Shown one piece after another: positions 28,196-35,695 of a stretch of DNA of 64,000 bases. Each line of letters begins with the position of its first letter. Within the stretch, counting starts at the first letter, position 1. The translations under genes were made by a program, and so were the position numbers. The stretch covers positions 252,013-316,012 of the IMG/VR virus record IMGVR_UViG_3300021197_001489; one strand, given 5' to 3'. The notes beneath the pieces were generated by a model that worked only from the letters and a program-made list of their open reading frames with translations, was not told the origin of the DNA and searched no databases.

Positions 28196-28350
28196 TTCTC
28201 CTTGATGTAATTTTTGCTTGAGGAAAGCAATACCGCGGTCTTTTCCGCCGTCAGTAGTCTTTGCTACCGTCATCTGCTTTTAAGGCGCGAGCCGCCCTAG
28301 TCTTTCCCAGTGCCACTCATTTTTTCGGAGCTGAGGTCGCTCTTTTAATA
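28196..28350 (-). ncRNA. Candidate structured cis-regulatory leader RNA
   Basis: Non-coding ~155 nt between late motif TAAATA (28355-28360) and the RBS; three hairpins with G-NAAAGA-C loops plus a TTGCTT/AAGCAA hairpin. Confidence 0.55.
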
Positions 28351-28397
28351 AACTTATTTATCGAATAGTACAGCGATGCTTACGTTTTTTCGCGGTT

Positions 28398-28416
28398 CTG
28401 CGTTAAAATAACGCAG
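28398..28416. other. Inverted repeat between divergent promoters
   Basis: CTGCGTT-AAAAT-AACGCAG. Confidence 0.5.
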
Positions 28417-28444
28417 GTTTTTGCAACCAAAAGGCATTTTCTGG

Positions 28445-28496
28445 TTGACCTTTGATCTATATGTGTTATACTGTATGTACAGTTAGAAACAAGGAG
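28445..28496 (+). promoter_or_regulatory. Early promoter-RBS cassette copy 1
   Basis: TTGACC-N16-TATACT; TGTTATACTGTATGTACAGTTAGAAACAAGGAG at 28464-28496. Confidence 0.88.
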
Positions 28497-28502
28497 AAGC
28501 AA

Positions 28503-28751
28503 ATGATTAATTATATTGGTGCAAAAAACGGCGGTATTGAAATGTCAGACAGCAACAGTGTTGTTGGATTTTCTGATACTGCACAAGGCATTGCAAATAT
28601 CATTTGCAAATACGGCTTGGATCGCAATGTGTATGGTAGTTCAACCATGGACTTTGCTGACGAAGAAGGCTTTGATCACTATGATGGCGCAAAGAATCTA
28701 TGGGATCAAGCAGTTGATATCTATAACTGGAACGTAAACAAAGTAGCATAA
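28503..28751 (+). CDS. Early hypothetical protein
   Basis: ATG after the cassette RBS; 82 aa. Confidence 0.8.
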   Translation: MINYIGAKNGGIEMSDSNSVVGFSDTAQGIANIICKYGLDRNVYGSSTMDFADEEGFDHYDGAKNLWDQAVDIYNWNVNKVA

Positions 28752-28760
28752 GGAGTCGAT

Positions 28761-28853
28761 ATGTTTGTTGAATATATGGTTACCATGATTGGCGGTTCAG
28801 CATTGATTTGTTCGCTTGATTATTTCACCGGAGCATTTGGAGTGATAGTATGA
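28761..28853 (+). CDS. 30-aa hydrophobic peptide
   Basis: AAGGAG RBS; MFVEYMVTMIGGSALICSLDYFTGAFGVIV*. Confidence 0.6.
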   Translation: MFVEYMVTMIGGSALICSLDYFTGAFGVIV

Positions 28854-29026
28854 ATGAAATTCTAAAAGATATCGAAACACTTTCTGTAATCAAAGAAGCA
28901 GTCCAACTAGGTGCTGACAAGGAACAGATTATCAAAGTGTTGGAAAGCAGTATCCGCTGTAAAGAATTTGAAATTGCAAATTTTGAACATCAGCTAGAGA
29001 TGGAGTTTGAAAATGGGTCGCACTAG
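28850..29026 (+). CDS. Small helical protein (58 aa)
   Basis: ATGA overlap; MNEILKDIETLSVIKEAV...*. Confidence 0.7.
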   Translation: MNEILKDIETLSVIKEAVQLGADKEQIIKVLESSIRCKEFEIANFEHQLEMEFENGSH

Positions 29027-29231
29027 ACAGGAATGCATTGAGCAGTTGGAAGAACTGGAAACCTGGATGGATGAAATGTTTTCGCAGGTTGAGCGCAAAG
29101 TTGAATGGTCAATGAGTGACTACATGAACAGTGAAGATGCAAAGTCACTGTGTTCTCCGTTTTACTCAGGATTGAATCACTTGGGCATGAAGATTACTGA
29201 ACTACGCCAGCAAGTGCAAGTAAATGGATAG
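29013..29231 (+). CDS. Hypothetical protein
   Basis: GGAG RBS, contiguous in the early operon. Confidence 0.7.
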   Translation: MGRTRQECIEQLEELETWMDEMFSQVERKVEWSMSDYMNSEDAKSLCSPFYSGLNHLGMKITELRQQVQVNG

Positions 29232-29451
29232 TGTGCTAAAATGGGTTGCCACTAGTATACTGTGTGTAGGCAGTTACATTGTGAGTGCGCATCCCGAAGC
29301 ATACCCACTGGGTCCACTTGTGTTGTTCACTGGTGGACTTGTGTGGCTTGTGGTTAGTGTAATGTGGCGTGAACGTGCGCTTATTATCACCAATGGTGTT
29401 ATGTGCAGCATTACTGTATTTGGATTGGCCAAATACTACGGTTACATTTAA
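29224..29451 (+). CDS. Small three-TM membrane protein
   Basis: Three hydrophobic helices, YPLGP turn. Confidence 0.75.
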   Translation: MDSVLKWVATSILCVGSYIVSAHPEAYPLGPLVLFTGGLVWLVVSVMWRERALIITNGVMCSITVFGLAKYYGYI

Positions 29452-29461
29452 CCAAAAACAA

Positions 29462-29490
29462 TTGACGAGCTCTTCGATGTACTGTAAACT
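29462..29490 (+). promoter_or_regulatory. Sigma70-like promoter
   Basis: TTGACG-N17-TAAACT. Confidence 0.6.
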
Positions 29491-29496
29491 GTATAC

Positions 29497-29604
29497 ATTG
29501 TTCGAAATAGGCTTTCTAGTAGATCGGACATTGAGTCGCTGTCAATTCCCAAAGACACCTCAAGGAGGGCATGCTGCGGGAGTGTGCCTTCCTTCTTTGG
29601 GAAT
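29497..29604 (+). ncRNA. Candidate small RNA or structured leader with a 24-bp hairpin
   Basis: ATTCCCAAAG/CTTTGGGAAT (10 bp) plus AAGGAGGGCATGCT/AGTGTGCCTTCCTT (14 bp with G-U pairs), 7-nt bulge and GCGGG loop at 29545-29604. Confidence 0.5.
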
Positions 29605-29630
29605 AAGTATTTAAAATAAAGGAATAGTAA

Positions 29631-29969
29631 ATGGAATATACATTGTTTGAAACCATAGCAATCACTGGATTGGTGTTTACTTTGTACCTTCTGTACAAAT
29701 GGTATCGCCATGCAGTACAACGTAACAAACATGCCGAAGCAGCCTTCAAAGAATTTGTTGAGCGCATTGTGCTTTGTAAAGTTGAGCATGAAGACGGTGT
29801 ATTTTATCTTTACAATGGCTTGAACAACGAATTTGTTACACAAGGTAAAACCAGTGCAGAAATTGAAAAGTTTATTAACAGCCACGACAACAAGTTTTTT
29901 ATGAACTGGGGTTTTGATGAAGAAATTGTTGAACAAGTTAAACGCATGGAAGCAGAATTTATTAAATGA
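29631..29969 (+). CDS. Hypothetical membrane-anchored protein
   Basis: AAGGA RBS; N-terminal TM. Confidence 0.8.
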   Translation: MEYTLFETIAITGLVFTLYLLYKWYRHAVQRNKHAEAAFKEFVERIVLCKVEHEDGVFYLYNGLNNEFVTQGKTSAEIEKFINSHDNKFFMNWGFDEEIVEQVKRMEAEFIK

Positions 29970-30649
29970 TATTGTGTGTTGGTGATAGTTTTACCTATGG
30001 AAATGAGCTAGACGATCGCAATGACGCTTGGCCAAGTGTGCTTGATTCTATAACAGATTGTGCAGTTGTTCGTGTTGCCCGTCCAGGTGCAACCAATAGC
30101 TGGATTGCCAATAAAGTTGTGCAAAAAAGCATAGCATTAAAACCAGAAACAGTTATTGTTGCCTGGTCTAGCTCTGACCGATACGAGTTTTTTCTCAAAG
30201 AAGGTCATGAAAGTGAATGCTTCAACATAAATGACGGTAACAATATACCTTTTATTAAACAGTTATACTCAGAATATCACAATAGGACTGGCAAGTTTAT
30301 TGAATGGATTTTCCAAGCAATACTTGTACAAAACTTTTTAGAAAATTGTGGGATAAAATACCTGTTTGTAAATGCATTTGCAATTGATGATATAATCGAG
30401 CAGAACAAAGGTAATCCTTATTTCAAAGAAATATTTTCCTATTTAAACACAGAACATTTTGTTGGCTGGCCCAATGAAAATTTTATCACCTGGACCGCTG
30501 GTTTGCCATTGGGTCCAAAAGGTCATTTTCTAGAACAAGGACACCGAGTGGTTGCAGAAAAACTGCATTACCATCTTGGAGATATGCTAAAAGGAGAACA
30601 ATATGCAAAGAGAAAGTCACTGGCAATACATGAAGCGTCGGATGCGTGA
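29966..30649 (+). CDS. SGNH/GDSL-like hydrolase
   Basis: Block I VGDSFTYG, ARPGATN, C-terminal GHFLEQGH. Confidence 0.75.
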   Translation: MILCVGDSFTYGNELDDRNDAWPSVLDSITDCAVVRVARPGATNSWIANKVVQKSIALKPETVIVAWSSSDRYEFFLKEGHESECFNINDGNNIPFIKQLYSEYHNRTGKFIEWIFQAILVQNFLENCGIKYLFVNAFAIDDIIEQNKGNPYFKEIFSYLNTEHFVGWPNENFITWTAGLPLGPKGHFLEQGHRVVAEKLHYHLGDMLKGEQYAKRKSLAIHEASDA

Positions 30650-30797
30650 AGACACTGATAAACAGGGAATCTGTCCTGTAATGTCTCCGTGGGAAGCAGC
30701 AAGACGTATTCGCGCAATGGACCAACGTATTATAGAATTGGAGAATGCAGTTGCAGAGCTATGCGGAAGACAGCCTGAAAACAACAATAAAGACTGA
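30603..30797 (+). CDS. Small coiled-coil protein
   Basis: AGGAG RBS inside the upstream gene; RIIELENAVAEL. Confidence 0.7.
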   Translation: MQRESHWQYMKRRMREDTDKQGICPVMSPWEAARRIRAMDQRIIELENAVAELCGRQPENNNKD

Positions 30798-30816
30798 TTT
30801 AGCATTTCAGTTAACT

Positions 30817-30927
30817 ATGATATTGGCAAGTTGTATGATTGTGTTTACAACCACTAGTCTGGGTATGATTATTGGCGGCGGCAGCTGTCTTTATGCATTC
30901 CTTGCTTTTATTTTTGCGCCAAGATGA
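30817..30927 (+). CDS. Small hydrophobic peptide
   Basis: Fills the gap; hydrophobic; start uncertain. Confidence 0.4.
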   Translation: MILASCMIVFTTTSLGMIIGGGSCLYAFLAFIFAPR

Positions 30928-31100
30928 TGAACGATTTAAAACCCTATGATTATGTAGTTGTTTCAGTGACTGCGTGGATGATAATGAACCATGTAAAAGT
31001 CATACTGATGTACGGACAAAATGGCTTGTTGACTGGCGCAGTAGGTATTTGGTTGTTTTGGACTATATTTAATTTGTATTCTAATTGGAGGGCGCGATAG
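30924..31100 (+). CDS. Small two-TM protein (58 aa, not in ORF track)
   Basis: ATGA overlap; MMNDLKPYDYVVVSVTAW...FNLYSNWRAR*. Confidence 0.65.
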   Translation: MMNDLKPYDYVVVSVTAWMIMNHVKVILMYGQNGLLTGAVGIWLFWTIFNLYSNWRAR

Positions 31101-31537
31101 TGTTTGATTTATTTAAAAAAAGCAAACCAGCAGGCTTGTACTTTGCCTACGGTGCTAACATGTGCAAACGCAGTATGAGGCACCGTTGCCCAAATGCTAA
31201 ACCAGTAAAAGCATTTTATTTGATTGGTTGGCGCTTGATGTTTAGCAACCATGCTACCATTGTTCCTGCAGCTCATAGCGCAGTGCCTGGATGTTTGTGG
31301 AGCATTACAGAAGACTGTGAAAAATCACTGGATGGTTTTGAGGGCTTTCCAGGGTATTATAGCAAAATTTGGTTGACACAACACGGTGAATCATTTATGG
31401 TATATGAAATGAACCCGCCACTGAATCCCAAGTATACACCAGATAACAGTTATGTTAATCTATTACAAGAAGGCTACAACGACTGGGATCTTGATCCACA
31501 GTACCTGGATGACGCATTATACTATGAGCTCGGATAA
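31100..31537 (+). CDS. Gamma-glutamylcyclotransferase (GGCT/AIG2-like) protein
   Basis: YFAYGANM, WRLMF, GCLW, LDGFEGFP, Y...LQEGY. Confidence 0.85.
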   Translation: MFDLFKKSKPAGLYFAYGANMCKRSMRHRCPNAKPVKAFYLIGWRLMFSNHATIVPAAHSAVPGCLWSITEDCEKSLDGFEGFPGYYSKIWLTQHGESFMVYEMNPPLNPKYTPDNSYVNLLQEGYNDWDLDPQYLDDALYYELG

Positions 31538-31775
31538 CACACTGTACAGTGAGTACATGAATCTTATTAAAACTGGAGAAGGTTTTTCGCATGCTATTGC
31601 CATTGAACGCAACAGCGGCGAAGTTGATTCGGTGATTTTGTGGTGCAAAACAAACTTTGAAGACACTTGGCGTTGGCAAATTTGTCGCAGTAGTTCGCCA
31701 AGGCAACCTGGGCACTACACATTTTTCTTTAATAATAATTCAGATTACATGGCTTTTGTGTTAAAATATGGTTGA
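31524..31775 (+). CDS. Hypothetical protein
   Basis: 83 aa; WC...F...WRW and F.FNNNSDYMAFVLKYG pattern. Confidence 0.75.
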   Translation: MSSDNTLYSEYMNLIKTGEGFSHAIAIERNSGEVDSVILWCKTNFEDTWRWQICRSSSPRQPGHYTFFFNNNSDYMAFVLKYG

Positions 31776-31823
31776 CCTTTTTGTAAATATCGGTTATACT
31801 ATATATAACAGTTAGAAAAAAGG
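31772..31823 (+). promoter_or_regulatory. Early promoter, ACAGTTAG family
   Basis: TTGACC-N17-TATACT then ATATATAACAGTTAGAAAAAAGGAG. Confidence 0.85.
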
Positions 31824-31831
31824 AGAATGAT

Positions 31832-32038
31832 ATGGGAATGAGCTCATATGTTATGGATTGCGAAGAACAATTTATTGAAGCAGTAAGTGTTCGAATTGGG
31901 GACTGCGAACAGATTGAAGAACTTTATGAAGCACTAGTTAAAGATCGCTGCTTTCTTTATCTTAAGCATATGTGCGGTGCCGAACGCCAAGAATTAATTA
32001 GTGAACTTTGGGAAGAGTTTTGGTCTCGCTATGTCTAA
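31832..32038 (+). CDS. Small acidic early protein
   Basis: Directly after the promoter and RBS. Confidence 0.8.
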   Translation: MGMSSYVMDCEEQFIEAVSVRIGDCEQIEELYEALVKDRCFLYLKHMCGAERQELISELWEEFWSRYV

Positions 32039-32204
32039 GCACACCAAATATAAACATCCAGGAGGAGATAGTCCAGTGCAGTATGAAGCAAATTCACCAT
32101 TGATGCAGGAAATGAAAAAACCGCCATTAAAATTTGTCAAAAATCAAAGTTATGGACTGAAAGCAATTAAGCGTAACACGCAGATTAGAAATCAATCACG
32201 CTAA
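32031..32204 (+). CDS. Small basic hypothetical protein
   Basis: Overlaps upstream stop; 57 aa. Confidence 0.6.
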   Translation: MSKHTKYKHPGGDSPVQYEANSPLMQEMKKPPLKFVKNQSYGLKAIKRNTQIRNQSR

Positions 32205-32939
32205 GTTAAACACTGTGTCTGGGTTGCTGTTTGCTAGTATTTCTCTAGTACGTTCTGTTTTAAGTCCAGTCATCTGTAGCACTGCTCTTGGATGACTGCT
32301 TGCATTTGCTGTACAGTGTGGCACATTACTCCAATCAAACACATGCACTTCGCCCGCACGCCATTTATCATATATGCAATTGCCATACATATAAAAATGT
32401 CCTGGCTTCCAATCATCTAGCATAATAGTGATACGCACTATACGCTCTGGGTCTTCTGGACAACGATCCCACAGTTTGTCAATGTGCATGTTAAACATCT
32501 GACCAGTCATCTGTATGTGTGCTTGCCACTTGACTAAACTAACACCATCACTGGTTAGCTGAAAGTAGTCCATCATTTTGTAAAGAGTTGGATAGTCTGA
32601 CCAGTCTGCAAAACTATTTTTATTGGTAAGCATTATGCCTTTTGGATCACCGCCTGCTTGTGCAATGTCGTACTCTTCTTGGGACAGCATGTCAGGATCT
32701 TTTTGCTTTTGAGCAAAATGTTTGCGAGTTGCCCAGTTTACAGGATGTGTTGCTTGTACAAGTCTATCACGTTCCTCACGCCAGTCTCCTTCAAATCTGC
32801 CAATTACGTTAAACCAATCGCCTGGACGATCCTCTACAGTGTCATCAAAATGATATTCACTGTGCCTAACAGTCCAATCCCAGCTGCTAGGATATAAATC
32901 TGGATTGTCTAGTTTTGTATTTTTATTCCAGTCTCTCAT
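32196..32939 (-). CDS. 2OG-Fe(II)/cupin-fold oxygenase-like protein
   Basis: FNMHID (HxD), LDDWKPGH, WRAGE, PHCTAN, PRAVLQMTG. Confidence 0.7.
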   Translation of the reverse strand: MRDWNKNTKLDNPDLYPSSWDWTVRHSEYHFDDTVEDRPGDWFNVIGRFEGDWREERDRLVQATHPVNWATRKHFAQKQKDPDMLSQEEYDIAQAGGDPKGIMLTNKNSFADWSDYPTLYKMMDYFQLTSDGVSLVKWQAHIQMTGQMFNMHIDKLWDRCPEDPERIVRITIMLDDWKPGHFYMYGNCIYDKWRAGEVHVFDWSNVPHCTANASSHPRAVLQMTGLKTERTREILANSNPDTVFNLA

Positions 32940-33313
32940 TATATGTCTCCTGCTGCTCGCAATACGTCTCGCATGTCTGTTGCACTGATATTGTGTACTG
33001 TTTCTCCTAAGTTGTGTTTGGTAAAACTATAGCCAACATCACGTCCGTAACTGATATCAACGATGTTAGGTGCTTTCCATACAATATAATGTTCAGTGTA
33101 ATTGTATCCTGCTGCTTGCAAACCGTCTCTTATGCCGTGCCATACCTGCTCGTAATCAAATGGATTATCATTATCAATAGGCATTTCTCGGACCATTATT
33201 AGTACCTGTCCAGTTTTTTCTAATGCCTTAGCAAACAGTGCGGTGTGTCCATCATGCCATGGTTGAAACCTGCCAAGCATCTGTGTTGTGGGTTTGTTCC
33301 AATCAAACATCAC
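32939..33313 (-). CDS. HIGH-superfamily nucleotidyltransferase (cytidylyltransferase/ATP-sulfurylase-like)
   Basis: GRFQPWHDGH and C-terminal NISATDMR. Confidence 0.8.
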   Translation of the reverse strand: MMFDWNKPTTQMLGRFQPWHDGHTALFAKALEKTGQVLIMVREMPIDNDNPFDYEQVWHGIRDGLQAAGYNYTEHYIVWKAPNIVDISYGRDVGYSFTKHNLGETVHNISATDMRDVLRAAGDI

Positions 33314-33498
33314 ATTGACTCAATGTGCTTGATTGTATCGATGCGTATAGTAACTTGCCTGTGCAAATCATCTACAATTGCGTGAACGTCTTTATCTTTA
33401 CCGGGGCCTGCTTTAATTAATGCAGACTTTTGCTCAGTAATAAGTGCTAGTATTTCTTTTCTAAGTGCTTCAATTGCAACCTCTTGCCACATTTCCAT
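33310..33498 (-). CDS. Small helical protein
   Basis: 62 aa, coupled on both sides. Confidence 0.7.
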   Translation of the reverse strand: MEMWQEVAIEALRKEILALITEQKSALIKAGPGKDKDVHAIVDDLHRQVTIRIDTIKHIESM

Positions 33499-33941
33499 TA
33501 TAGTCTCTCCGTAGGTTTGTTTTGTTGTTTAAGCATGTAATTGGTGACAACCTTTGAAAGTTCTGTGTGCGTATCTTTAAACCAGGATGATACGTGATAG
33601 TCGTAATAGTCTGGTTTTACAAATATGACATTTGTATCTTCGTATTGACTTTTTTTGATAGTATCCATCCACACTGTATAGTCAGCGTTAAACCAATCCC
33701 TAGCGAGCTGTGTGGGACAAACAAAATCTGCAACTGCAATTTTTCCTGCCATTACTACGCCATCTGCTAGATGACACATTCGCAAAGTTTGACGTAATCT
33801 TCCTTTTATACTGAAGTCCCAGTCATCGTATTGTGTTCGAACAGTATCTGCATTAAGCCATACGCCGCCTATCAGCTCGGCAAAAGGCTTAGCCAGTGTG
33901 CTTTTGCCGCTGCCCGGTAATCCACATATCAATATTTTCAT
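33498..33941 (-). CDS. Adenylylsulfate (APS) kinase-like P-loop kinase
   Basis: ILICGLPGSGKSTLA, LNADTVR, FS..GR.RQ, VADFVCP. Confidence 0.8.
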   Translation of the reverse strand: MKILICGLPGSGKSTLAKPFAELIGGVWLNADTVRTQYDDWDFSIKGRLRQTLRMCHLADGVVMAGKIAVADFVCPTQLARDWFNADYTVWMDTIKKSQYEDTNVIFVKPDYYDYHVSSWFKDTHTELSKVVTNYMLKQQNKPTERL

Positions 33942-33959
33942 ATTCAGGCATATCCTTTG

Positions 33960-34637
33960 TTAGAATTTAGTATCTTTTTCAACATGCGGCTTACTTCCAT
34001 CAATCATTGTACCTATGTCGTTTCTACGTCTGTCAAGCCAACTGTTTTCTACATAGTGTACATACTTTGCATTTGGATCTTTGTTTAGTATGTAATGCAG
34101 TTTTTCATTGCTGTAGTCAACTGGAATATCAAGTACACTATCTAAACTTTTTACATATTGATGTCTAAACATGTAAAGCAATTCAACACTTAGAAAAGTG
34201 TGCTTGTATTCCATTAAGTCATCAATCTTATTTAAGTAGTTGTGTAAACTTTCTACACCTCTTTTACGCAGTTGATTTTGTGCAGTAATGTTTTGGTCTC
34301 TGCCAATAATACCAACTTGTAAGTTGCCTTTTTCATTTAACCTGCGCAATACTTCTGCATAGTCAGGATACTTTGTTTGCCTTACGCCATTACTATGATC
34401 TTTATCAACATAAGGACCACTAACACTTAGCACATAGTTTTCATGCTCTGTCCAGTCATAGGCGTCAATGTGTTCAGGCGTGTTCCAAATATCTTTGTAT
34501 GGAGCATTATCATGGTTTACCCAGTACTCACGCAACAGTTGATCCCAGCCATGCACATTGCTGTGCATGGATAAGACTTTGCTGAACACATGGTTACCAG
34601 TGCCTTGTGGGCCACTTATAACTAGTATGTTTGCCAT
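33960..34637 (-). CDS. Sulfotransferase-like P-loop protein
   Basis: ILVISGPQGTGNHVFSKVL N-terminal loop, IIGRD motif. Confidence 0.5.
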   Translation of the reverse strand: MANILVISGPQGTGNHVFSKVLSMHSNVHGWDQLLREYWVNHDNAPYKDIWNTPEHIDAYDWTEHENYVLSVSGPYVDKDHSNGVRQTKYPDYAEVLRRLNEKGNLQVGIIGRDQNITAQNQLRKRGVESLHNYLNKIDDLMEYKHTFLSVELLYMFRHQYVKSLDSVLDIPVDYSNEKLHYILNKDPNAKYVHYVENSWLDRRRNDIGTMIDGSKPHVEKDTKF

Positions 34638-35695
34638 TATTTTACCAACTCTGGCTTGAAGATTGATTTAAGACCAAATGCTTCTGTGTTGAACTTTACC
34701 AGTGTTTGCAGTGCATCAGCAGTTACAAACTTCATCAGTGTGTTTACTTGTGCATTGCCTGCATCACCTAGCATCCACTCATAGTTGCCAACTTTCTTTT
34801 GAATCTTCTTGATTGACTCAGGATTGGTTGACACCTTTTCAAGTGCTGCCACAAGTTTTGCTCTATTAGGATTGCCTTTGTTTACCCACAATGCTTTTTG
34901 TAATCCATCTCGGAAACTTTTTACCAGCTTGTATGCATCTGCTAGATCGCCTTTTGGGTCTGCTTTGTACAGGGCAGAAAATTGTGTTTCCATTTGAATG
35001 CCTGGATAGTTTGGATCATCTGCGTGGGTACCGTCTGGCTGTAGAATGCCATGATGGAACCATAAACGTGCTTCACCTTTGTCAATTACTGGCTGTACAT
35101 GCTTTTTGAATGAAGCAGGATTTTCACGAGTGCCATTGAGTTCGCCACGCTTGAATGCAAGACGTCTTTCGTTGCCCTTCATTCCTTTAATCCAGTTTAC
35201 CTTTTCGTTGAAGCAACCAACGTATGCTTCTGTGCTAGGTAAATTACCACACTTTAGCAGTGTCATTGCGATACCTTCAGGAACTTTACCGCCGCCTCCT
35301 GAGAAACTTGTTCTGTCAGCATTGGGATTATGATCGCCATGTACTGCTGTAATAATGTTAAGGTTCATTAGTCCAACTGAATCATAGTCAGCATAGTTGT
35401 AATCCACTGCTTCTTGTAAGAAACTTACACCGTTGCCGCCGTTGGATACCATAATAGTTTTGTCATCAAAACGCAGTTCATTGTGGAACTTGTTAAAGCC
35501 TGGAATATCCCTTGCACCACGGATGTGCTTGAGAATAATTTTTTCATCCAAGTATTTTTCCATCTCAGTGGCCACAATCTGTGCCCACTGACTTGTACCG
35601 CCGCCTGGCTTCTGTGGTACAATCATTGTGTAATCAGCAACTGCTGATGTTGTAAAACCTAGCATCAGTGCTAGTGATAATAAAAGTTTACGCAT
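34637..35695 (-). CDS. tctC: Tripartite tricarboxylate transporter substrate-binding protein (TctC/Bug-like)
   Basis: Signal peptide, MIVPQKPGGGTSQWAQ, adjacent to tctA. Confidence 0.8.
   Translation of the reverse strand: MRKLLLSLALMLGFTTSAVADYTMIVPQKPGGGTSQWAQIVATEMEKYLDEKIILKHIRGARDIPGFNKFHNELRFDDKTIMVSNGGNGVSFLQEAVDYNYADYDSVGLMNLNIITAVHGDHNPNADRTSFSGGGGKVPEGIAMTLLKCGNLPSTEAYVGCFNEKVNWIKGMKGNERRLAFKRGELNGTRENPASFKKHVQPVIDKGEARLWFHHGILQPDGTHADDPNYPGIQMETQFSALYKADPKGDLADAYKLVKSFRDGLQKALWVNKGNPNRAKLVAALEKVSTNPESIKKIQKKVGNYEWMLGDAGNAQVNTLMKFVTADALQTLVKFNTEAFGLKSIFKPELVK

Noticed and set aside
28196-28350. Cobalamin or c-di-GMP riboswitch
   Set aside because: GCACTGGGAAAGAC is only superficially similar; the B12 box and GEMM core motifs are absent.
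28471-28482. CTGT...ACAG in the promoter cassette as a LexA SOS box
   Set aside because: Spacing is CTGT-N4-ACAG, not the CTGT-N8-ACAG of gamma/betaproteobacterial LexA, and alphaproteobacterial LexA uses a different direct repeat.
29369-29936. ORFs 29369..29614, 29448..29936 and 29516..29767
   Set aside because: They overlap real genes and a promoter/hairpin region, lack RBSs and have atypical composition.
33310-33498. Small ORF as the missing TctB
   Set aside because: Hydrophilic helical protein without the four TM segments expected of TctB.
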